Source of the DNA: Syntrophorhabdaceae bacterium
GTDB lineage: Bacteria; Desulfobacterota; Syntrophorhabdia; Syntrophorhabdales; Syntrophorhabdaceae
Reading direction: 5' to 3'
Length of the DNA stretch: 64,000 nucleotides
Assembly (NCBI GenBank): GCA_963666485.2
Contig: CAXXUO010000002.1
Location: 576,001 to 640,000, forward strand
Part shown: one piece after another, positions 21,073 to 31,875 of the stretch
Layout of the letters: every line of letters starts with the position of its first letter
Numbering within the stretch: position 1 is the first letter of the stretch
Made by a program: the position numbers and the translations under genes
The notes under the pieces: model-generated
Databases searched by the model: none
Told to the model about the DNA's origin: nothing
The model's input: only the letters and a program-made list of their open reading frames with translations

Positions 21073-22302
21073 TTACAGTATGGCTCCCTTGGGGATGACA
21101 ACAAGCCCCTCTTCCGTCACGTGGAACCGTTTCCGGTCTTTCTCGAGGTCATAGCCTATCTTCATCCCCTCGGGAACGCGAACGCCTTTGTCGATGATCG
21201 CCCTGCGCACTTTTGCGCGCATCCCGATGATGACGTTATGAAAAAGTATCGATTCGCTTACTTCGGCATAACTGTTGACGCGAACGCCCGGCGACAGGAC
21301 GGAGGCGTGTACCTTCCCGCCGCTGATGATAACGCCGCCGCAGATCACCGAATCGAGCGCCTTGCCGGCCCTGCCTGATCTTTCATCGGCAAAAACGGTC
21401 TTCGCGGGAGGATACTGCCCCTGGTACGTCCGGATCGGCCAGTCGGGGTCGTAGAGGTTGAACTCCGGGGTTACGGCCGCCAGGTCCATGTTGGCCTTCC
21501 AGTATGCATCGATGGTCCCTATATCTCTCCAGTATTTCTCTCCCTTCCCTTTGCCTGAACCGAATTTGTATATGTAAACGTTGTGGTTGGGATACATATA
21601 GGGGATAACGTCGTGCGCAAAGTCATGGAGGGAATCTTCACGGGCGGCATCTTTCGTGAGCATGTCGATGAGGACGTCGCGTCTGAAGACGTAGACGCCC
21701 ATAGAAACACAGGCGCGTCCGGGCTTGTCCGGCAGAGGCCGCGGGTCTTCGGGCTTTTCCTCGAAACCGGTGACCCGGCAATCTGCAGCCGCCTCGATGA
21801 CCCCGAAACGCGGGGCGTCCTCAAGGTCCACCTCGACTGAAGATATCGTCACGTCCGCCTTCTTCGCCTGGTGATACCGCACGAAGTGGCTGTAATCCAT
21901 TTTGTAGATGTGGTCGGCAGACAGGATGACCACGTTGTCCGCATCGACCTGCTTCAAGTGGTACAGGTTCTGGTAAACAGCATCGGCCGTCCCCCTGTAC
22001 CATTCTTCGCTCACCCTCATCTGCGGCGGCAGGTTCGAGACATATTCCCCGAGTTCCGGGTTCAATATGCTCCACGCGTCCCGGATATGCTCGATGAGAG
22101 AGTACGACTTGTATTGCGGCAGGACGAATATTTTTCTGATGCCCGAGTTAACGCAATTGCTTAACGTGAAATCGATGATGCGGTATTTTCCACCGAAGAC
22201 GACCGCCGGTTTCGCCCTGTCCCGTGTAAGCGGGTGAAGCCGCTCCCCGGCACCGCCGGCCAGGACGAACGCGACTGCCCTGTGCATGACCCTCGTTCTC
22301 AT
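21073..22302 (-). CDS. glgC: Glucose-1-phosphate adenylyltransferase
   Basis: LAGGAGERLHPLT, RAKPAVVFGGKYRIIDF, WYRGTADAV, FEEKP, YWRDIGT. Confidence 0.95.
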   Translation of the reverse strand: MRTRVMHRAVAFVLAGGAGERLHPLTRDRAKPAVVFGGKYRIIDFTLSNCVNSGIRKIFVLPQYKSYSLIEHIRDAWSILNPELGEYVSNLPPQMRVSEEWYRGTADAVYQNLYHLKQVDADNVVILSADHIYKMDYSHFVRYHQAKKADVTISSVEVDLEDAPRFGVIEAAADCRVTGFEEKPEDPRPLPDKPGRACVSMGVYVFRRDVLIDMLTKDAAREDSLHDFAHDVIPYMYPNHNVYIYKFGSGKGKGEKYWRDIGTIDAYWKANMDLAAVTPEFNLYDPDWPIRTYQGQYPPAKTVFADERSGRAGKALDSVICGGVIISGGKVHASVLSPGVRVNSYAEVSESILFHNVIIGMRAKVRRAIIDKGVRVPEGMKIGYDLEKDRKRFHVTEEGLVVIPKGAIL

Positions 22303-22338
22303 GATCTCATATTATTATGCTGGGCCGACTATGTTTAT

Positions 22339-23046
22339 TCAATGAAAATCGGGCTGGGGGCCCTGCTTGCCTTTGCCCGCCACGATGAATGCGTATTCTC
22401 CGAGCTTCTCGTCTGCGGCCATGAGGTCAATGACCTCCCGCACGCTCCCCCGGTATGTCCTTTCGTAGAGTTTGGTCATTTCCTTGATAACAACTATCTT
22501 GCGGTCGCCCAGTATGTCGAGGACAAAACCAAGTGTTTCCTCGATCCTTCGCGGCGATTCGTAAAATACTATCGGATAGGGGAACTCACAGAGCTCCTGC
22601 AGCGTTTTCTTCCGTTTCCCTTTTTTGAGAGGAAGAAAGCCGTAAAAAAGGAACCGGTCTGCGAAAAGGCCGGAGACCGAAACAAGCGACGCGACGGCGC
22701 TTGGTCCCGGGACCGGGCACACGTCGATACCCGCTTCGACACACCGGTTTACCAGGATGTTCCCCGGGTCCGAGATGCACGGCGTTCCCGCGCTCGTAAT
22801 GAGGGCGATATTCTTTCCGGCCTTCAGGCCCTTTATGAGCGATGCGGAGCGCCGGTCTTCATTATAGCTGCTGACGGTGACGATCGTCTTCTTTATACCG
22901 TAGTGACCGAAGAGCTTCATGGCACGAGAGGTGCTCTCCGCAACGACAATGTCGGCCTCTTTCAAGACCTCCACCGCCCGGAAAGTGATGTCCCCCAGGT
23001 TGCCGATCGGCGTCGCGACCACGTAGAGAATGCCTTCTGAACTCAT
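22339..23046 (-). CDS. rsmI: 16S rRNA C1402 2'-O-methyltransferase
   Basis: LYVVATPIGNLGDIT, AGTPCISDPG, FYESPRR. Confidence 0.92.
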   Translation of the reverse strand: MSSEGILYVVATPIGNLGDITFRAVEVLKEADIVVAESTSRAMKLFGHYGIKKTIVTVSSYNEDRRSASLIKGLKAGKNIALITSAGTPCISDPGNILVNRCVEAGIDVCPVPGPSAVASLVSVSGLFADRFLFYGFLPLKKGKRKKTLQELCEFPYPIVFYESPRRIEETLGFVLDILGDRKIVVIKEMTKLYERTYRGSVREVIDLMAADEKLGEYAFIVAGKGKQGPQPDFH

Positions 23047-23111
23047 GCGTATCAAGCATAGTACAGTCCAAAAATCTTGACAAGGGGAAAAAAGTTTAAG
23101 AAAATAAAATC

Positions 23112-23686
23112 ATGACCCTACGCGGAGCATTGATAATAGCTTTGTGCCTGGTGCCCCTCGCCGGATATCCCGCCATATATACATACGTAGATAAAGATGG
23201 GATATCGCATTTTACAAATATTCTGCCCGTAGGAAAAAAATTTCGTGTCGTGATTTCCGATCGGATCAAGTATGTCGTATCGAGGGTTTTTAACAACACG
23301 ACCTACGACGTGATGATCGAGCGCCATGCTCAGTTCCACGGGATAGACCCGAATCTTATCAAAGCGGTCATGAAGGCGGAGTCCAATTTCAACCCGAATG
23401 CCATGTCGCATAAAGGCGCCCAGGGGCTCATGCAGCTCATGCCGGACACGGCCCGGCTCATGAAGGTCGACAATCCCTGGGACCCTGACGAAAATATACG
23501 CGGCGGAACGAAATACCTGAAGTACCTTGACGAAACATTCGGCGGAAACCTCGATCTCATGCTGGCAGCGTACAACGCAGGGCCCGGGCGCGTAAAAGAA
23601 CACAACATGAGCATCCCGCCCTATGAAGAGACCCGGACGTATGTCCAGCGGGTTAAATCGTACTACCATTCGTTCAAGAAGAATTG

Positions 23687-23687
<1 letters not shown>
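23112..23687 (+). CDS. Lytic transglycosylase (SLT) with N-terminal DUF4124-like domain
   Basis: AESNFNP, GAQGLMQLMP, AAYNAG, ETRTYV. Confidence 0.92.
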
Positions 23688-25430
<1,743 letters not shown>

Positions 25431-25463
25431 AGAAGAAATCAGTTGACATCGAACACAGTTGCT

Positions 25464-25625
25464 TGGATCCCGGTGTCAAGCACCGGGATGACGGACTGTA
25501 CGGGAAGAGGTTGGCTTCTACAGTGCTAGTTACCGCCTTACGCCGTTCGCCCTTCGCTGTTCGCCGTTCGCCGTTCGCCGTTAGCCGTTAGCCGTACGCC
25601 GTTAGCCGTTAGCCGTTAGCCGTTC
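25464..25625. repeat. REP hairpin followed by a 13-unit degenerate heptamer array (gccgtta/gccgttc)
   Basis: REP at 25464-25492; array at 25535-25625 overlaps the KamA stop codon. Confidence 0.88.
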
Positions 25626-26698
25626 CTTTTACAAATCCCGCACCGCATACAAACACTTTCTTCTGCATTGTCGTTGTAGTATCCGATTTTTCCGTCCGGG
25701 CTTGTCAGTTTCACCATTGTCGTTTTTTCGAGGAATTGAACGTGCTCCGGATCGACCGGGATTTTACCGAGCCCTCCGGGGATATCGAGTGCGTACCGGG
25801 GAATGGCGAGCCCTGATGCATGAAGGCGCAGGAATGCCATGATATCGCGGCCGCGGCTTAAGCCTACCTTGAAATGGGACGCGCCGACGACATCGTCGAG
25901 CTGAAACAGGTAATACGGCTTGATGCCCGCTTCGACAAGGGATTCAAAAAGGTCGAGAAGCACGTGGGGACAATCGTTCACGTTCCTGAGAAGCACGGTC
26001 TGGCTTACAATGGATGCGCCGGCCTTCCGGAGGCTTCCGATCTTTTTCAGGAACCGGGGGGTAACCTCTTTCGGATGATTTACGTGGATCACCAACCATA
26101 TCGGCGAGGCGTCCCTGATCGCTTTAAGGTGGCCGGCGGTGAGCCCATCCGGATGGACGACGGGAAGCCGGGTACTGAGCCGGATGGTCAGTCTCTTTTT
26201 CATCGAGCGCAGCCGGCCAAGTATCGCGCGGAGTTTTTCCGCCTCCAGCATCAGGGGGTCGCCGCCCGATAAAATGACCTCCCGTATGTCCGGATCATGT
26301 TCGATGACGGCGAGGGATTCCTCGATAAAAGGGTCCGGATCTATGGCCTTTCCGGCAAAGCGCCTCCGATTGCAGAACCGGCAGTACATGGCACATTCGG
26401 AGCTCACCAGGAAAACGCACCGGTCAGGATGCCTCTTTATAAGGATCGGTGTCACGGAGTACAGGGCTTCGCCGAGGGGATCGTCTTCGCCCGACCTCTC
26501 GGCCTCCTTCGAGGACGGTATCGCCTGCGCCCTGATCGGGCAAAAAGGGTCTTTAAAATCAATTAGGTTGAGATAATAACGGGAGATCCTGACGTTGTGG
26601 CTGATCGGGATGCCTTCCAGTGTCCGGATCGCCGGCTGGAGTTCGGGGATTGTATCTAGTTCTCTGAGGGAGAAAAGAAAAGGGAGGGTATGTGAAAT
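25616..26698 (-). CDS. KamA-family radical SAM protein (lysine 2,3-aminomutase-like); start uncertain
   Basis: CAMYCRFCNR, LSGGDPL, HVNHPKE, QTVLLRNVND, PYYLFQLD, PGGLGK. Confidence 0.85.
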   Translation of the reverse strand: MSHTLPFLFSLRELDTIPELQPAIRTLEGIPISHNVRISRYYLNLIDFKDPFCPIRAQAIPSSKEAERSGEDDPLGEALYSVTPILIKRHPDRCVFLVSSECAMYCRFCNRRRFAGKAIDPDPFIEESLAVIEHDPDIREVILSGGDPLMLEAEKLRAILGRLRSMKKRLTIRLSTRLPVVHPDGLTAGHLKAIRDASPIWLVIHVNHPKEVTPRFLKKIGSLRKAGASIVSQTVLLRNVNDCPHVLLDLFESLVEAGIKPYYLFQLDDVVGASHFKVGLSRGRDIMAFLRLHASGLAIPRYALDIPGGLGKIPVDPEHVQFLEKTTMVKLTSPDGKIGYYNDNAEESVCMRCGICKRNG

Positions 26699-26705
26699 AC
26701 CCTCC
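26673..26705 (-). terminator. Intrinsic terminator after pal, overlapping the KamA 5' region
   Basis: GGAGGGTAT-ttcac-ATACCCTCC followed by CTTTTCTTTT. Confidence 0.65.
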
Positions 26706-26726
26706 TCCTCGCTTTTCTTGTCTTTT

Positions 26727-27230
26727 TTACTGGAGCGCCAGAAAATGTGCTCTTCTGTTTTTCGCCCAGGCTGCTTCGTTGTGACCCGGATCAACCGGTT
26801 TCTCTTTGCCATAGCTTACGGTTTCGAGAAGCCTTGAATCTGCGCCGAGATTTACGAGGAAATTCTTTGCAGAGTCAGCCCTCTTCTGTCCGAGGACAAG
26901 GTTGTACTCCACTGTGCCTCTTTCGTCACAATGGCCTTCGACCCTGACTTTTTTGCCCTTGTTTTCCGGAGCGGCTAACCATTTCATGTTATCTTTCAAA
27001 ATGGCTGCATCTGCATCCCTGATGGCATACTTGTCGAAATCGAAGTTGATGTCCTTCATCGGTGCTGCCATGGGGACTTCAACCTTCTGTTCCGGCGGTG
27101 CAACCTTGGCAGGTTCCGCGGCGGGAGGCGGGGTCTCACCTTTCATCTGCTGCCAGAAACAACCACAACCACCAAGTGAAATACCTATGAGGGCAACGAG
27201 TAAAATAAGAGACAATGATTTTATTTTCAT
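26727..27230 (-). CDS. pal: Peptidoglycan-associated lipoprotein
   Basis: Lipobox LGGC, INFDFDK, EGHCDERGTVEYN..LG..RA, SYGKEKP, NRR. Confidence 0.93.
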   Translation of the reverse strand: MKIKSLSLILLVALIGISLGGCGCFWQQMKGETPPPAAEPAKVAPPEQKVEVPMAAPMKDINFDFDKYAIRDADAAILKDNMKWLAAPENKGKKVRVEGHCDERGTVEYNLVLGQKRADSAKNFLVNLGADSRLLETVSYGKEKPVDPGHNEAAWAKNRRAHFLALQ

Positions 27231-27301
27231 GTTCCACCCCTTCCTTCAAAAATTAGAGGGTATACCCAATTCTTTCACCGGATATACCCTCGCATGCAAC
27301 A

Positions 27302-27520
27302 TTACTTTTTCTCCGGTGCCGGCTTCTCTGCTGCCGGTTTCTCTGCTGCGGGTTTCTCTGCTGCTGCCGGCTCTGCCTTCTTTTCCTCTGCAGGCGGCGT
27401 CGGTTTTGCCTCTTCCTTCGGTGGTGCCGGTTTCGGAGGTTCCGCTGACGGACCACATCCGATCAGTGAAAAACCTGCAAAAAATGCGATAGCTATCATT
27501 AATGCGACGAGCTTCTTCAT
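27302..27520 (-). CDS. Small Pro/Ala/Glu/Lys-rich lipoprotein
   Basis: SD AGGAGG, lipobox LIGC, (AAEKP)x3 repeats. Confidence 0.8.
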   Translation of the reverse strand: MKKLVALMIAIAFFAGFSLIGCGPSAEPPKPAPPKEEAKPTPPAEEKKAEPAAAEKPAAEKPAAEKPAPEKK

Positions 27521-27593
27521 CAATTTTCACCTCCTTTCTAATTGATCTTTACCTATATTGAATACATATATACTATCAATGGTAATATGTAAA

Positions 27594-28517
27594 TTAAAAT
27601 TTTTCAATAATTACTTCTTCCTTGATAGTATTTATGTCGTTTTTGGAACCGATCGTACCCGATACGCCCATAGTAGTGGCTGTTCCGCAGGCGACCCCTA
27701 TTTTGAGGGATTCCTCAAAAGAACCGCTCTGCGTCAGCGCGGAAATAAAACCTCCCAAAAGCGAATCCCCGGCACCCGATGAGTTGCGCCGGTCAACCCG
27801 GGGCGGCTTTGCGTAATAATTTCCGTTTTTCGAAAAACCGACAGCGCCCCGTGCACCCAGGGACACAATAATATATTCGACATTATCCTGGAATGGTTTA
27901 ACAATTTCTTTAATTTCTTCCGGGCGGTCAACCTTCGCACCTGCAAGCCTGTTAAGCTCGAATATGTTCGGCTTGATCATATAAGGGCCTGCCTCGACAC
28001 CCAGTTTCAGCGGCTCGCGGTCCGAATCAAAAAAAACCTTGATGTCCCTTTTCTTCAGCCGCCTGATCAGATCGGCAAAAAAATCATCCCGCATGCCGCC
28101 CGGGACAAGCCCGCTTAAGACGACCGAGCTGCCGCCGGGTATCGCATCTATCTTTGCACAAAAAGAATCTATCTCTGATTGGTCGGGAACAGGCTGTGCA
28201 GTGTATAGCAACGTTTTTATCTTCTTTTTTTGCTGAAATATGGTCAGGCCCGTCCGGGTTTCACTCCTGGTCCGCGTAAAATCCGTTTTGATACCCTCTG
28301 CGGCAAGAAGATCGGTCAATTCCAATCCGGTATATCCCCCCGCAAAACCAAGCGCTACCGTCTCGCCGCCCAATTCCCTTATGATCCGCGAAACGTCGAT
28401 GCCCTTGCCGGCAGGCCTTCTGAGGTCCTCAGTGATGTGATTGATGTCATCGTACACCAGTTCTTCTACCCGGACGACTCTGTCAAGCATCGGATCTAAA
28501 GTGACGGTGTATATCAT
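27594..28517 (-). CDS. 1-phosphofructokinase-family (PfkB) hexose kinase
   Basis: MIYTVTL, AGKGIDVS, IKPNIFEL, GAGDS. Confidence 0.9.
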   Translation of the reverse strand: MIYTVTLDPMLDRVVRVEELVYDDINHITEDLRRPAGKGIDVSRIIRELGGETVALGFAGGYTGLELTDLLAAEGIKTDFTRTRSETRTGLTIFQQKKKIKTLLYTAQPVPDQSEIDSFCAKIDAIPGGSSVVLSGLVPGGMRDDFFADLIRRLKKRDIKVFFDSDREPLKLGVEAGPYMIKPNIFELNRLAGAKVDRPEEIKEIVKPFQDNVEYIIVSLGARGAVGFSKNGNYYAKPPRVDRRNSSGAGDSLLGGFISALTQSGSFEESLKIGVACGTATTMGVSGTIGSKNDINTIKEEVIIEKF

Positions 28518-28605
28518 TGATAGTAAAAATTATTGTAGTACTTACAGGAAAAAATCGCTACAAAAATTTTAATTTTTTGTCTGTGAGGGCTTGAGAGGCT
28601 TGAGT

Positions 28606-29868
28606 TTACCCGGCCAGGCGTCTTTTGAGGGTTTCGATGATCGCATTTATATCGAGAGGCAGTTCTTCCTGGGATTTTCCCGCCATGTCCCGCAAGGTGA
28701 TGGCCCCTCTGTCTATCTCGTCATCACCGAGAATAAGGACAAAGTCGCACCTGAGGTTGTCCGCATACCGCATCTGCGCCTTGAGCGATTTTGCCTCGTA
28801 CGCATACCGGAGCGGAATATCTTCAGCCAGGCATTTTTTGAGTATCGACGTCAGGTAGTCCCGTGCCCGTTCTCCGATGCCGGCGAAGAAGCACTCCTTG
28901 CCGGGCTTATGCCCTTCCGGCGGCAGGAGCATCGCGAGCCTTTCGACACCCACCGCAAAACCGATCCCGGCTGTCGCCGGCCCGCCCATTTCCTCGACGA
29001 GGTTGTCGTACCGGCCGCCCGCTATGAACGCCTTCTGGGCGCCAAGGTCGTCTGATGTGACCTCGAAAACGGTTTTCGTGTAATAGTCGAGGCCCCGGAC
29101 GAGGCGCTTATTGATCTCGACATCGATGCCGAAACTCGCCACGTGCTTCTGGAACAGGTCGAAATGGTCCTTGCATTCATCGCACAGCGAATCGAAGAGA
29201 AGAGGCGATGAGGCCGTCACCTGGATGCATTGCTGCACCTTGCAGTCGAATATCCGCAGCGGGTTCTTCTCGAGCCTTCTCAAGCAATCCCCGCACAGCT
29301 CACCTTTCCTGCTCTCGAAAAAATCGATCAGTATCTTCCGAAAGGATTCCCGGCACTTCGGACACCCGACGCTGTTCACCTCTATGTGGTACCGGTGAAC
29401 ATCGAGTTCGTCAAGGAACATCCGGATCATAAATATCAGCTCGGCATCGACCAGGGGCTCTTTGACGCCGAACACCTCGACATCGATCTGGTGAAATTCG
29501 CGGTACCTGCCTTTCTGGGGCCGCTCGTGGCGGAACATGGGGCCTATCGTACAGACCTTCGTCAGCCTCTCGGTCGCGTAGAGGCCTTCCTGCAGGTATG
29601 ACCTGACCATCCCCGCCGTTGCTTCCGGCCTCATGGACAGGGAATCACCACCGGCATCTACGAATGTGAACATCTCTTTCTCAACGATATCCGTCGTATC
29701 GCCTATGCTCCGCACGAATAATTCTGTCTTTTCCAGGATGGGGAGCTCGATCTCCCGGTAACCGAGCCGCGTGCTGTATTTCCGGAAAGCCTGCTCTATC
29801 GTTTTAAATTTCTCGAGCTCTTCGCCCAGGATATCGCGAAAGCCGCGCAGTGTTCTGATCTTCTCCAT
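28606..29868 (-). CDS. hisS: Histidine--tRNA ligase
   Basis: RGFRD, KEMFTF, RPEATA, FRHERPQKGRYREFHQ, LVRGLDYY, GGRYD. Confidence 0.97.
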   Translation of the reverse strand: MEKIRTLRGFRDILGEELEKFKTIEQAFRKYSTRLGYREIELPILEKTELFVRSIGDTTDIVEKEMFTFVDAGGDSLSMRPEATAGMVRSYLQEGLYATERLTKVCTIGPMFRHERPQKGRYREFHQIDVEVFGVKEPLVDAELIFMIRMFLDELDVHRYHIEVNSVGCPKCRESFRKILIDFFESRKGELCGDCLRRLEKNPLRIFDCKVQQCIQVTASSPLLFDSLCDECKDHFDLFQKHVASFGIDVEINKRLVRGLDYYTKTVFEVTSDDLGAQKAFIAGGRYDNLVEEMGGPATAGIGFAVGVERLAMLLPPEGHKPGKECFFAGIGERARDYLTSILKKCLAEDIPLRYAYEAKSLKAQMRYADNLRCDFVLILGDDEIDRGAITLRDMAGKSQEELPLDINAIIETLKRRLAG

Positions 29869-29951
29869 TATCGCTCCGGCATCGGGTATTCCGACTTCAT
29901 TTAGGTATCATAAAATAAAGAAGAAATGGAAGTGAATTTTCCTGCCACCCC

Positions 29952-30302
29952 CGCCGTCATTCCCAACCACTCCCCGTCATTCCCAACCACTCGCCGTCAT
30001 TCCCAACCACTCGCCGTCATTCCCAACCACTCGCCGTCATTCCCAACCTCCCGCCCGTCGGCATCCCCAACCTCCCGCCCGTCATTCCCAACCACTCGCC
30101 GTCATTCCCAACCACTCGCCGTCATTCCGGCGAAGGCCGGAATCCAGTGTCTTTAATTTCTTCCTTTCGTTATGACAATAGATTTGATATCTTCATCTAG
30201 TTCAGTGCCTGAAGAATTTTGTCTGGATCTTTCACCTGGCCTGTTAGAGGGCAATAAAGACACTGGATTCCGGCACCCAGAGGGTACCCGGCCGGAATGA
30301 CG
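29952..30302. repeat. Eight ~20-nt tandem REP heads (cgccgtcattcccaaccact) followed by an inverted REP doublet (30120-30302)
   Basis: Read directly; the ninth unit is a full REP, cgtcattccggcgaaggccggaatccagtgtcttt. Confidence 0.9.
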
Positions 30303-30335
30303 GGTTGAGAGATTCTCGTTTGTAATGGGACCAGT

Positions 30336-30731
30336 ATGACCGAAGAATACAGCAAGCTGATCACCGACCATTTTGAGAACCCGCGCAATTGCGGGACCAT
30401 GGAAGGCCCTGACGGCGTCGGGCGCGTCGGCGACCCTGACCAGGGGGATTACCTCACGGTGTTTATCAGGGTCGAGGACACGGTCATTAAAGACGTTAAA
30501 TACCAGACACGGGGCTGCCCCGTATGTGTCGCATGCGCAAGCATGATGACCGGGCTTGCCATCGGGTCGAACCTCGACGACGCCATGACGATCGAGGGCG
30601 AGGATATCTCGTCTGCCTTCGGGGGTTTGCCGGAAGATAAGATGCACTGCGCGAACCGTGCGGCAAAAGGTATCCAGGAAGCCGTTATCTCGCACGTCTA
30701 CGGCCGGGCGGGTGTTTCTTCAAAAAGCTGA
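30336..30731 (+). CDS. IscU/NifU-N-type Fe-S scaffold-like protein
   Basis: YSKLITDHFENPRNCG, GCPVCVACAS, KMHCA; the usual first Cys (xCGD) reads QGD here. Confidence 0.8.
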   Translation: MTEEYSKLITDHFENPRNCGTMEGPDGVGRVGDPDQGDYLTVFIRVEDTVIKDVKYQTRGCPVCVACASMMTGLAIGSNLDDAMTIEGEDISSAFGGLPEDKMHCANRAAKGIQEAVISHVYGRAGVSSKS

Positions 30732-31765
30732 CATATTTTCTCACGGGCAGCGGCGAGGAGCGTATTCTTCAGCGTATCGTCCGCCGGGTCGCTGGCTTGC
30801 AGTTCCTCATTCCCGTACACATCCCCCAAAATGATAAGCGCTTCGACGGCCGCCTGATTAAGGTCCGCCATAGACTTTCCGGCAAACCATCTTTCATCGA
30901 GCATGCCGAGGTGACTGAGCACCATGAAAACGAATCCCGTCATGCACAGGAACGACGCACATGAGTCGAGGCTTGGCTCGCCCCCTGCGTCGTAGATGGC
31001 ACACCGGCCGCTCTCCAGAAAACAGCAGGGGTGTGCTGTGCCGTCTATCCACATGAGCGACAGGTAATGGCGCCCTTTCGGAATATCGCGGGCAAGGCCC
31101 TCCCCGAGTTCCTGTTCTTTCCGGCGGGGAAAGATGACCGAGGCCGCGCCTTCATAACGTATAATATCGTGCGGCGAAAAAAGACTGTCCGTATTTTCGG
31201 CCCCGGCTACGGGGAAGGCACCCAGGAGGTCCTTTTCGTTGAGCCCTTTTTCCCTGAAATACTCCCGGAGCGCGCTGAGCTTCCACGCCCCTATCGTCAC
31301 CCCGTGGAGAAACATCCTCTCCTTGAAATGGCAACAGTACGCGGGGCACGACCTTACAGGGCAGGAGGGTTTATCAAATACGCCCTCAAACGCCTCGTTG
31401 AGTACGGAGACCGCCCGGCTGATGGTATTCATGCGTGCGTAGTTGGGATCGATCACTATCGCCCTCGCGAGATCGTCCCTGGCGAGGTCCTCCCTGCCGA
31501 GTTCCGTAAGGAGCCGTGAGCGCTCGTAGTAATAATCGGGTATGCCGGGGGCCATCTTGATTGCCCGGGATATAGCCCCGACCGCGCCCGCGGTGTCTCC
31601 CGCCATCCCGAGGGCACGCGAGAGCCCGGACCAGGCATGCGGGGTATCGCCGACATCGATCGCCTTTTGAAAATAGACGATCCCCTCCTCCAGGTCTCCC
31701 TCGTCGACCAGGCGCTCCGCCATGCTGTGAAGATATTTTTCGAGCAGCTTGTCAGGATCGGTCAT
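30698..31765 (-). CDS. TPR protein fused to a YkgJ-like Cys-cluster domain
   Basis: N-terminal TPRs; CPVRSCPAYCC, CCFLESGRCAIY, CASFLC. Confidence 0.7.
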   Translation of the reverse strand: MTDPDKLLEKYLHSMAERLVDEGDLEEGIVYFQKAIDVGDTPHAWSGLSRALGMAGDTAGAVGAISRAIKMAPGIPDYYYERSRLLTELGREDLARDDLARAIVIDPNYARMNTISRAVSVLNEAFEGVFDKPSCPVRSCPAYCCHFKERMFLHGVTIGAWKLSALREYFREKGLNEKDLLGAFPVAGAENTDSLFSPHDIIRYEGAASVIFPRRKEQELGEGLARDIPKGRHYLSLMWIDGTAHPCCFLESGRCAIYDAGGEPSLDSCASFLCMTGFVFMVLSHLGMLDERWFAGKSMADLNQAAVEALIILGDVYGNEELQASDPADDTLKNTLLAAAREKICQLFEETPARP

Positions 31766-31875
31766 ATCATCTCCGGGTATCGCCTTATGGTACCACGCTT
31801 CAGATGCGAGTGCCAGTGCCACCCCGGGGGAAATCTATTGAAAATTGCCGACCGGTCATTTTAGAATGACTCCGT

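Noticed and set aside
29952..30120. Possible CRISPR array
   Set aside because: Units are about 20 nt and contiguous, with no unique spacers and no cas genes nearby. It is a tandem repeat of REP heads.
29926..30156. Repeat-derived ORFs (also 25409, 38578, 43155, 49895, 63191)
   Set aside because: They are translations of REP or tandem repeats, or antisense frames, with no coding signal.
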